This document shows, piece after piece, positions 51,025 through 59,528 of a stretch of DNA of 64,000 nucleotides. The notes beneath the pieces were generated by a model, which made no database searches, was not told the DNA's origin, and saw only the letters and a list, made by a program, of their open reading frames with translations. Numbering within the stretch: position 1 is the stretch's first letter; every line of letters starts with the position of its first letter. Origin of the DNA: a virus; the IMG/VR virus record IMGVR_UViG_3300029775_000166, positions 19,914-83,913 of that record. The stretch is one strand, 5' to 3'. The translations under genes were made by a program, and so were the position numbers.

Positions 51025-51300
51025 TTACACCTCAAACTTTGGTTCTTTACTATACTTGTTAATCAAATCATTTGCTAACTTCTTAATTATTTCACTTGTT
51101 TCAGGTGATTCTGTTAAATTTTTCAACAATGCTAAAGTGTATTCTTTATCAATGTAATTTACTAGTGTTTCAATAACAGCTATATATCCTAGAAAATACA
51201 TATCATACATACCTTGCTGCTTCATTATGTTTTCAACAATCTCATCTTTTGCAATTTGAATTTCTGATTTCTTTCGTATGTAATAATCTCTAAATTCCAT
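51025..51300 (-). CDS. Hypothetical protein
   Basis: RBS, co-oriented. Confidence 0.45.
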   Translation of the reverse strand: MEFRDYYIRKKSEIQIAKDEIVENIMKQQGMYDMYFLGYIAVIETLVNYIDKEYTLALLKNLTESPETSEIIKKLANDLINKYSKEPKFEV

Positions 51301-51344
51301 TTTGATTTTCCTTTCTAATTATCCAATCAAAGTAAAGTTCTATC

Positions 51345-51596
51345 TTATTTTTTTATATTCAATTCAATGTCAACAGCCTGACCGCATTGCCAACAATACC
51401 TATCGTCTGTTTCAATTTTAGAAAAGCAACTTGGACATATGTTAAAATCCTTTTCATCAAATTCAAATGGTTTTGCTACCAAACGTTGTAATGCTCTATA
51501 TGTAACAAGTGCCACTTTGCACTCCCTTTTGTTGTTTCTATCTGCATTTTTTAATCTTTTTTCTGCATCCAATAATGCTTCTTCTATTAAGTACAT
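51345..51596 (-). CDS. Small zinc-ribbon protein
   Basis: CPSC..YCWQCGQ. Confidence 0.6.
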   Translation of the reverse strand: MYLIEEALLDAEKRLKNADRNNKRECKVALVTYRALQRLVAKPFEFDEKDFNICPSCFSKIETDDRYCWQCGQAVDIELNIKK

Positions 51597-52592
51597 GAGA
51601 TTCTCCTTTCTAACATTCTAATGAAATGATATTTCTATGCTATTTCTTTACTATGTAATAATTTTCCACTTCCGCCAGTAACAGCTCCATATTTTTCATT
51701 CATGTAGTCACCAATGTAATTTTCGATATCAATTAAAATCTCATTAGCATCATCAATAAATATTTCTTCTGGTAAAAATATTCTACTTACTACATATAAT
51801 CCGATTGCTTTATCATCCATAATTATTACTCCTCATCATCACTTTCTTCCGTAATATCAATTATTTTTACACCATTAGCAAAATCTACCACATTGGTAAA
51901 CAATTCTTCTAAATTACCCTCTAAATCATCTTGATAATCTGGATTTATTTCAGTAAGTTCAATTATGTATTTCTTATTCATCGTTTAATATCTCCTCTCT
52001 TTACTTAGTAAATATGCATTCGTATTCTCTCTTCCAGTCACCACCATCATTAATCTTCTGCATTACTCTTAATCCCATATCTTCTTTAATATCTTTAATC
52101 CACAATCTAATATTGTAATGTATCTCAGAGTATCTATCATCTTCTTTGTAATTATGTAATACTGCTTCATGATATAAAGCTTCATATTTACAAGCTAATT
52201 TCTCTAGTCGTTTTACGAATGTATAATCATTTCTTATGAACTTTCTCATAATATCACCTCTTTTCAAATAAGGTACATATTTTATTTGTATTACTTGAAT
52301 TATTGCATTTTTCTTCTTTAATACAATAGTGGCACAAATTTTCATTTTTCTTAAAACAAGCAACCATTCCTATAGTATTTCTTTTTGGACAATTGTCGTA
52401 ATTCCAACATTCTTTACTACATATCTTATTTATTTGTTCTTCATTAGCTTTATATTTAATTTTAATATCACTTGAATCACCTTCACTAAATATTTCACCA
52501 GTTTTCATATCTACTATTTCAAAATGGATTACTTCTTTTTTATTAAATTCGAATATATCACTCACCCCCTAAAACCACTTAAAATTGATAAC

Positions 52593-52886
52593 TTATTGCG
52601 TTTTTAATACGTATTCTATTAATTCATCTGAATTATAAAATGTAAATCTACCTATTGTATGTGGAAAAATAATTACAGAGTTGTCTTCTTTTCTATCTGT
52701 AATAAAGTTCATCATATACCAATCATTTATTAATCCAGTGTAACCATAATTTACAATTGCTCTATCTGCTTTATGTACTTCTATTATTTCTCCCATTCCA
52801 TCAGTCAACCTATAACAAAATCCGTTATCTTCCCAACCACGGCAAAGATTGTCAATATCAATATTTCTTCTTACATATAAATTCAT
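52593..52886 (-). CDS. Hypothetical protein
   Basis: RBS, co-oriented. Confidence 0.45.
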   Translation of the reverse strand: MNLYVRRNIDIDNLCRGWEDNGFCYRLTDGMGEIIEVHKADRAIVNYGYTGLINDWYMMNFITDRKEDNSVIIFPHTIGRFTFYNSDELIEYVLKTQ

Positions 52887-52928
52887 AGCTTTCTCCTTTC
52901 AAAAACAACGTCAAATTTGCATTTGATA

Positions 52929-53213
52929 TTATTTTTTATAGTGTAAAAACTTTTGTCCACATCTACCACAGAAATTGTAATTGTGTTCTTTATAGCACCA
53001 TTGACCACAGGTAGGGCAACTCCACCCTTCATAGCCATTCCAACTGTCTTTATAAATTTCTACTGGTTTTGTATTATTTTTAAGTTCTATGTATTCTTTT
53101 AAATAACCAATTACTCTTGGAATTGTATCTTCTTTATGTACTTTTCTTAGCCCAATTTCTCCACTTTGTAATGCTTTTAAAACAGTTATATCTATATGCA
53201 TTTCATTAGTCAT
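52929..53213 (-). CDS. Small zinc-ribbon protein
   Basis: CPTCG..FCGRCGQ. Confidence 0.6.
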   Translation of the reverse strand: MTNEMHIDITVLKALQSGEIGLRKVHKEDTIPRVIGYLKEYIELKNNTKPVEIYKDSWNGYEGWSCPTCGQWCYKEHNYNFCGRCGQKFLHYKK

Positions 53214-53308
53214 TTACTCACATCCTTTCTTACCATCAAACGCACATTTCATTTTATTATTTATATAAACTCCCATTCTGTGTCATAATGTTACTAGGAG
53301 GTGTTACA

Positions 53309-53587
53309 ATGCCATTTTATACACCAGCTAATGAAACATACCAGCCTATAGATTTAAATCGCTATAAACCGATTGTAGTGATAGCTTATTATGACATTGA
53401 TGGAAATATTAAGCCACTACGTTTTAAATATGAATCCGATTTCACATTTAATATTAATGAAATAAAATATTCCAAAGATGTTAAAGGTGGAATATTGTTT
53501 TGCTGCTTAATTACTAATTGTAATAAACAACAAGAAGTTAATCTTGTGTATTTTATTCGTGAGCATTTATGGTGCTTAGAAATTTGA
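53309..53587 (+). CDS. Small beta-sheet protein, sole + strand gene in the early region
   Basis: GGAGG RBS; PIVVIAYYDIDG.IKPLRFKY..HLWCL; CATAnnnT-type promoter. Confidence 0.65.
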   Translation: MPFYTPANETYQPIDLNRYKPIVVIAYYDIDGNIKPLRFKYESDFTFNINEIKYSKDVKGGILFCCLITNCNKQQEVNLVYFIREHLWCLEI

Positions 53588-53591
53588 TGTG

Positions 53592-53804
53592 TTACATATC
53601 ATCCATATCATAATTGTCTCTTATGTAGTCGATCAGTTCATTTATCCTTAATATAACATTTTCATCATTCCTTATTACAGGATGTGCATTCGCCATGCAA
53701 GAACCAATCTTACCATTCTCAGTAAATTTCTTATAATCGAATGTCACATATAACAAAGGTATTTGTGTTTTATTCTTAGTAAGTAAATTTGTTATTAATC
53801 CCAT
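53592..53804 (-). CDS. Hypothetical protein (paralog of 56063-56278)
   Basis: Shared TKNK.IPL..VTFDY..HP..IDYIRD.Y.M.DM. Confidence 0.6.
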   Translation of the reverse strand: MGLITNLLTKNKTQIPLLYVTFDYKKFTENGKIGSCMANAHPVIRNDENVILRINELIDYIRDNYDMDDM

Positions 53805-54297
53805 AATTCATCTCCATCCCCATACATACAAATTTCATTCATATATTCACATTTACTACAATAGTTGTCCCAATAATTATCATATTCTTCTTGTGTTATT
53901 TCACCATTTTGAAGTTTATAATATAACTCTACATTTTTAAATTCACACATTTCTGACATATCTTGTTTTTGCATAATGGATGCCCTTTCTTAAAGTAGAA
54001 TATAGTTTTGGTCGTATTATTTAATTAATTTCACTCCAATCGTGAACTTGACCGCACATATGTTTCTTTGAATTTTTTCTTATAGGTTCACCACAGTAGC
54101 TACAAAAATAAGTATACTTATGAATCAACTCTTTCTTTTTACTATTATAATCAGATTCGTCACTAATTAATGGTTTTGTTGGCGTTGCTTTACTTAGTTT
54201 TATTTCTTCTTTTTCTAATTTGCTCGTTAATGCTTTTATCTTCTGTTTCAGTTTTTCTACGTCCATCTTATCTCTCCAATCTAATAGAATTACTCTT

Positions 54298-54840
54298 TTA
54301 TTTCCTTTTAAATAAGAACCACAAATCTTTATCAATAATATCTCTACCATAAAGGTAAATCCTCACTTCATTATCTTTCTTAGCAAAATAAATCCTTTCA
54401 TTTTTACTTACAGGCAACTTTCTAAATTCTTTCAACATATTTCTTGATATAATATTCACTCGTTTTTGTGACATACCCCAATTGCCATCAAAATAAGGTT
54501 CTTGCCAATTACAAAATTGTATTCTTTTCGGTTCGTATTCTTCATACATTTTATTTACTTTTTCATAAGCTTCTTTTAATTCTGCCCTTGTATGAGGTTG
54601 TTTTGAATATTTAAAATCTTCATTTTTATCTATTTCCTCATAATCCATATACATACTAAATAATTCTTCATCAAAATTTGGTTCGCTATCATAAAAATTT
54701 TCACAAGCTTCCACCACGTAATATTTATTAAAAAGATTATCTAAAAGCTTATTAGAAAGTGCTTTATGCATAAATGAATATCCATTTTCAATATCTGTTC
54801 TTAATTCTTTTTCGATTAATTCTTTATCAATACAAATCAT
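54298..54840 (-). CDS. Hypothetical phage protein
   Basis: RBS, co-oriented. Confidence 0.5.
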   Translation of the reverse strand: MICIDKELIEKELRTDIENGYSFMHKALSNKLLDNLFNKYYVVEACENFYDSEPNFDEELFSMYMDYEEIDKNEDFKYSKQPHTRAELKEAYEKVNKMYEEYEPKRIQFCNWQEPYFDGNWGMSQKRVNIISRNMLKEFRKLPVSKNERIYFAKKDNEVRIYLYGRDIIDKDLWFLFKRK

Positions 54841-54869
54841 TATTTTTTCCTTTCGTTTAGAATATTTTA

Positions 54870-55385
54870 TTATTCCAAATCAATATTGAATTCATTTGTT
54901 ACTGAACATTCAGGAACATAAAATGTTACAATTTGTTTCCCACATGATGGAGGAAAGGCAAACCAATAATATTTCTGATTGATAAAATCTAATGACTGAT
55001 ATTCAATTTTCGGACTATCTTTGTATTCTTTTATGTATATGCTATAATTTTTATCTTCTTCTAACTCTTTCACTTGTTTTCCATGACTTGTATTAATAAC
55101 ATATTTATATACTGTCTTTTCACCAATTTTTCCACACCCTAAAAAGAAAGAACCATTAGTCGCTGAATTATCATTTAATGCAACAATAGGAGTAGTTCTT
55201 GTAATAACGTATTGCGTTGGTAAAAACCTTCCTATAATTGATCCAATTGTAACATCTACTATTACCCCAACAGCAATTCCCATTAATGTCCCAAGTAAAA
55301 TACCAACTATTTCTCCAATCTTACTTTCAAGCATACTACTTATTAATATTGCACCTACTATTATTCCTGCAATTATGTAAACCAA
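54870..55385 (-). CDS. Membrane protein
   Basis: Two N-terminal TMs; GSFFLGCG motif. Confidence 0.55.
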   Translation of the reverse strand: MVYIIAGIIVGAILISSMLESKIGEIVGILLGTLMGIAVGVIVDVTIGSIIGRFLPTQYVITRTTPIVALNDNSATNGSFFLGCGKIGEKTVYKYVINTSHGKQVKELEEDKNYSIYIKEYKDSPKIEYQSLDFINQKYYWFAFPPSCGKQIVTFYVPECSVTNEFNIDLE

Positions 55386-55425
55386 TTTTCACTCTCCTTT
55401 ATAATTTTGAAATCCAGATTCTATA

Positions 55426-55968
55426 TTAAAAATCAAATGACTTATTGATATTCTCATCACTAATTTTATCAAGGTCATAATCCCTGTCTTGCTCTAAATG
55501 CCTAATCTGATATTTTAATTTTCCATTTTCTTTTCTTATATCGGAGACACATTCCAATTTTATTGAGAATATACATTTTTTCATATCTGAAATAGCCTTT
55601 AATCTATTTTCAAAATCAGTATCATCCGTAGATTCAGATAATCTTTTTGCTGTAACTTTAATATCATCTTTTAACTTTTGATACTTTTCTATTTTTTCTG
55701 CATTCTTTTCTTCATTTGTAACTTCTCTAATCTTGCCCTGCAACTCATTTATTTCTTTTGCATATTTTTCTATAATCTCTTTTCTTACTGTTTCAATTTG
55801 GTCTAGTGGAGCAATCCAATCTGGTTGGATATTTTTATATGCTGCGTTAAAACTTGTTAAAACAACATAATTTCCATCTTCTCTATGTTTCAGAATTAAT
55901 CCCACATTGGACTTTAAACCGTCACCCATTGAAAATACAATTACATCGCCAACATTAATATTATTCAT
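55426..55968 (-). CDS. Coiled-coil protein with N-terminal SH3-like part
   Basis: VGDVIVF; long helical C-terminus. Confidence 0.5.
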   Translation of the reverse strand: MNNINVGDVIVFSMGDGLKSNVGLILKHREDGNYVVLTSFNAAYKNIQPDWIAPLDQIETVRKEIIEKYAKEINELQGKIREVTNEEKNAEKIEKYQKLKDDIKVTAKRLSESTDDTDFENRLKAISDMKKCIFSIKLECVSDIRKENGKLKYQIRHLEQDRDYDLDKISDENINKSFDF

Positions 55969-56062
55969 TTACGTTCTTTCCTCCCAATTTAAAATAAAAC
56001 TTCACTTTTATTCAGTCTCCTAAATCATTAAATTTCTTCTAATTAAACCAGTACTTTTCATA

Positions 56063-56278
56063 TTACATATCCTCCATGTTATATTTATCTCTTATATAAT
56101 CAATAGTATCGTTGATCATTTTCTTTAGTTCTTCATCACCGCTCAATAATGGGTGGACTACCGCTTCACAAGACTTTTCTTTACCAAATTTTTTATATTT
56201 TCTATAATCGAATGTAACAAAATACAAAGGAATTGCTTTTTTATTCTTTGTAAATAATCTTTTTATTAATCTCATCAT
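56063..56278 (-). CDS. Hypothetical protein (paralog of 53592-53804)
   Basis: As above. Confidence 0.6.
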   Translation of the reverse strand: MMRLIKRLFTKNKKAIPLYFVTFDYRKYKKFGKEKSCEAVVHPLLSGDEELKKMINDTIDYIRDKYNMEDM

Positions 56279-56544
56279 AATCTCCTTTCTATCATAAATT
56301 TTAATTTAGTTAACATATGGTATCTCTCTTACTGTATACATCCCAATTCCACTATGCTGATATCCATTTATTTTTTCTTTTATCCATTTCTTAGCTTCCC
56401 AATATGTTCCGCATATAACTTCTGGCACAAAACTATTTAAGTTTCCCATGTAGCTCATACCAACTACATACATATATTTTTTTATATCCATTCTCAATAC
56501 CTCCCTAAAATGAGCTGAATGATAACTTAATTAATCACTTTCAG

Positions 56545-57471
56545 TTACACTTGACATTCTATAGGTGATATGTCATCCCTAATTTCTTTAAACACCGGTA
56601 GTCTCATTGCTTCTCTGTCACTCGGCATAAATTCAATAGTACAAACAATATCTGGTTGAATCCAAACAGCCTCTTCACTCCCATGTGGAATATATCCGAA
56701 AGGGGATTGGTCTATTACTTTATATCCATGCTTATTTAACTTTTTTATTCCTGCACCAAGCTCAACATGCCCTTTATAGATAAGCTTTGAACCTTTATAT
56801 TGCCCAATTATTATGCTAGTCATATTATTGCTTTTATAAATATAGCCACACACAACAGCGTCTATTAAGTCATATATTTTACACTTAATCCAGCAGCCAG
56901 TTCTTTTTCCCAGATAATATTCACTATCTTTTCTCTTAGCCACAATACCTTCTAGCTTCTGTTCTTTTACTAAATCAAAAAGTTGTTTTCCATAAGTATC
57001 AATATATCTTGAATTTATAATTCTGTTATTTTCTTTAATGACGCTCTGTAACAACTCTTTTCTCTCTATAAGGGGAGTACTAAGCAATTCTTTGCCTTTG
57101 TAATACAAAATGTCAAACACTATAAAACTTGCTGGATATTTATTAGAAAACAATTGTATTTTAAATGTGTCTGTCATTATTGTCCTTCTCTGTACTTCGT
57201 AAAAATCTGGTTTACCATCTTTTAGAACAACTAATTCACCGTCTAATATACACTTATCGGATACCTGCTTGTTGATATTCCACATCTCTGGAAATGATTT
57301 AATCATCTTAACATTCCGTCTATTTCTTAAATCAACTTCATCATCTAAATAGGCAATGCATCTTATTCCATCAAATTTTATTTCATAAATGAAATCTTCA
57401 GAATCAAATGGTGATTGTTGTTCTTTAATAAGCATCGGACTAGCTTTTCTATCATAAAATAAATCGTTCAT
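56545..57471 (-). CDS. ATP-dependent DNA ligase (LigD-like ligase domain)
   Basis: EIKFDGIR, LDGELV, VFDIL, EGIVAKR, WIKCK. Confidence 0.9.
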   Translation of the reverse strand: MNDLFYDRKASPMLIKEQQSPFDSEDFIYEIKFDGIRCIAYLDDEVDLRNRRNVKMIKSFPEMWNINKQVSDKCILDGELVVLKDGKPDFYEVQRRTIMTDTFKIQLFSNKYPASFIVFDILYYKGKELLSTPLIERKELLQSVIKENNRIINSRYIDTYGKQLFDLVKEQKLEGIVAKRKDSEYYLGKRTGCWIKCKIYDLIDAVVCGYIYKSNNMTSIIIGQYKGSKLIYKGHVELGAGIKKLNKHGYKVIDQSPFGYIPHGSEEAVWIQPDIVCTIEFMPSDREAMRLPVFKEIRDDISPIECQV

Positions 57472-57759
57472 CTTACATCACTCCTACTTATAGAGTATGT
57501 GTAATATCGAAAATCGTATGTAATTTGCTATTGAATGGTTGTTTTATATTGTTTCAAACCTTATGTTCTCCTCTATACATTCATAGAAAATATTTACACG
57601 ATCGCAATTTTTTAATCCTTTTAAACATTCTTTCAGGATTACTACATAACGGACAATTACAGCTAAACCATAAGGCAGATTTAATTCTTTTTATTTCTTC
57701 ACTCGTTCCACTAATTTTTAACATTTTATTTTTCCTTTCTAAACAAATCAGAGTTTGAT

Positions 57760-58278
57760 TCATACTTCCCCATCTTCAAATTTAGTAGAATTGTGCATTT
57801 GCTCTCTAATTTTACCTATCTTTTCCTTAGAGTAGTTGTTGCCAACTTTGGTATGTTTAGTAATAAATTTACGTAAGAATTTAATAATATCACTAACTAA
57901 ATATACCAAACCGTACCAGACAAAGAAAACACCGACTATATACGTAGTCTTTTGAGATACGGATAATTCATCAATTTTAATTACTGGCATGGCATCAGCA
58001 GCCATGAATAATATCATAGATAATAATAAAATAATTCCAGCAATTTCTGTTATCCACCATGTAATACTTAACCCTGTAACTTTTTTCATAAAATCCATCT
58101 TTTTAACTTCAGTATATGTAGATTCATTAATTCCATCTCTTGCTGCACTATTCTCAGGAATACATTCATTGCATGAGTTGCCAACCGTACAATCAAAATA
58201 ATTGTTTTCAATATCACTTTTAGGGGCTTCCACAACTATATCTTTATTACAATATTGACACTTACATTTAACTCTCAT
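57760..58278 (-). CDS. Membrane protein with N-terminal Cys motifs
   Basis: CQYC..C; two TMs. Confidence 0.5.
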   Translation of the reverse strand: MRVKCKCQYCNKDIVVEAPKSDIENNYFDCTVGNSCNECIPENSAARDGINESTYTEVKKMDFMKKVTGLSITWWITEIAGIILLLSMILFMAADAMPVIKIDELSVSQKTTYIVGVFFVWYGLVYLVSDIIKFLRKFITKHTKVGNNYSKEKIGKIREQMHNSTKFEDGEV

Positions 58279-58290
58279 TTTTCTCCTTTC

Positions 58291-58440
58291 TGCATGGAAC
58301 TTATGGGTTAAGCCTAAGAGCTTACTTGTGTTTCCACGTTGGGTATTTCCTCGACTTTACGTTAGGAGCAGGGTTACTCGTTTGCTTATGTTTAATACAC
58401 ATCTACTTCTAACTATCCTTTTTCGCTATGTACCCATTCA
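58291..58440 (-). ncRNA. Candidate structured RNA
   Basis: Closing ATGGGT/ACCCAT helix, nested GTTAG/CTAAC and AGCA/TGCT, GTG-GAAA-CAC, TAAGC/GCTTA. Confidence 0.45.
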
Positions 58441-58470
58441 AAACTACTAATATTAATGTTTCTTTATATA

Positions 58471-58648
58471 TTATGTGGGTTAGGATTTGCGCCTAACATA
58501 TATTCTTACGAATACTTATTGCTTAACATTTTGCTTCGCACTGCCGAGGAAGTAGACTAATTCTCGTGCTGTGCGGTTAAAAATCCGCACCGCTATTCAT
58601 TCTCGCTACCCGACAGAATAATGTGTCTACCTATTCCACCACCACTAA
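58471..58648 (-). ncRNA. tRNA-like RNA with expanded anticodon domain
   Basis: Leu-type D-arm GTGGAATAGGTAGACAC; T-arm TTAGG-CGCAAAT-CCTAA; acceptor-like TTAGTGG/CCAC(A)TAA; about 130-nt insert. Confidence 0.55.
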
Positions 58649-58666
58649 ATATAGTTACAAATAATT

Positions 58667-58945
58667 TCAATTTTCTTCTTTAAGCCTTTTTTTGATAAGA
58701 TTATTCATCTCATTAATATCTTCTGCTGAAATTGATTCACTTAATTTCTTACGATTGTTATAAGATTGTCGAGTTGATATGTTTTTATTCAAGTATGAAT
58801 CTGTTTTATATTTATCTAGTTCCTTTCCACAATTAGGACAATACTTAATTGGTGCATTCCAGATATAATACCCACCAGCTATTAGCAATTCATAAATTTC
58901 TATTTCTTCTGTCTCTTTATTCAGTTCATTACAATATTTACACAT
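58667..58945 (-). CDS. Small zinc-binding protein
   Basis: MCKYC..IKYCPNCG. Confidence 0.6.
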   Translation of the reverse strand: MCKYCNELNKETEEIEIYELLIAGGYYIWNAPIKYCPNCGKELDKYKTDSYLNKNISTRQSYNNRKKLSESISAEDINEMNNLIKKRLKEEN

Positions 58946-58981
58946 TACTTATCTCCATTTCTAATCAAAGACTGGATTAAT

Positions 58982-59209
58982 TCATATTTTTGATACAATT
59001 AGATTCAAGCTCGTTATTTCTCCGTTTTCAATTATTAGTTTTTTAATACACCCTACAGGCAAATTAAAACTCACAGTATTATTATCTAATATTCCTTTAA
59101 CTTGTATTATTTTCAGATTATCCTTTGTACAATCTACTCCAATGATTTTTTCTGGTACACTAAATATCTCATAGTCTTTACCAACCTTAACCATATTACC
59201 CACCTCCAT
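58982..59209 (-). CDS. Hypothetical protein
   Basis: RBS, co-oriented. Confidence 0.4.
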   Translation of the reverse strand: MEVGNMVKVGKDYEIFSVPEKIIGVDCTKDNLKIIQVKGILDNNTVSFNLPVGCIKKLIIENGEITSLNLIVSKI

Positions 59210-59528
59210 ACATTAAACTTACTATATGCTATGTATTAATTCTACATTAGGATATTAATTAATTATTAAACTTCATCTCCGGTAAGAATCACTGCTTTAT
59301 TTTGAATATCTATATCACACTTACTTAGATTACCAAACAATTTTATGTTTAAAAGAGAATATTGTGAAGCCAATTCACATAATTCTTTTCCTCTCATACA
59401 ATCCTCGCCTTTCTATCTTATAGTTATATATTATTATTACATTAGGATGATATTGTTTCCTTATTTATGTAACTAACTATAACACGTTTATATTGCTCTG
59501 TCAAGTATTTTATTATTACATTAGACCG

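Larger units (their letters stand above)
28310..58981. repeat. Dispersed 18-bp quasi-palindrome ATnAAA-N6-TTTnAT at gene ends (about 30 copies)
   Basis: e.g. 29378, 31152, 31614, 32524, 33786, 43713, 44506, 46407, 47281, 48326, 49791, 51326, 51621, 52910, 53235, 55407, 55994, 57530, 58964. Confidence 0.65.
29347..59524 (-). repeat. Dispersed 15-bp motif CTAATGTAATAATAA (5 exact copies plus a variant)
   Basis: 29347, 37367, 37823, 59431, 59510; variant 42081; all intergenic, same orientation. Confidence 0.7.

Noticed and set aside
53230-57530. LexA/SOS boxes before the ligase and small repair-like gene
   Set aside because: No GAAC-N4-GTTC match seen
58471-58648. Functional tRNA-Leu or tmRNA
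   Set aside because: No 7-nt anticodon loop, non-canonical T-loop, no CCA, no tag reading frame
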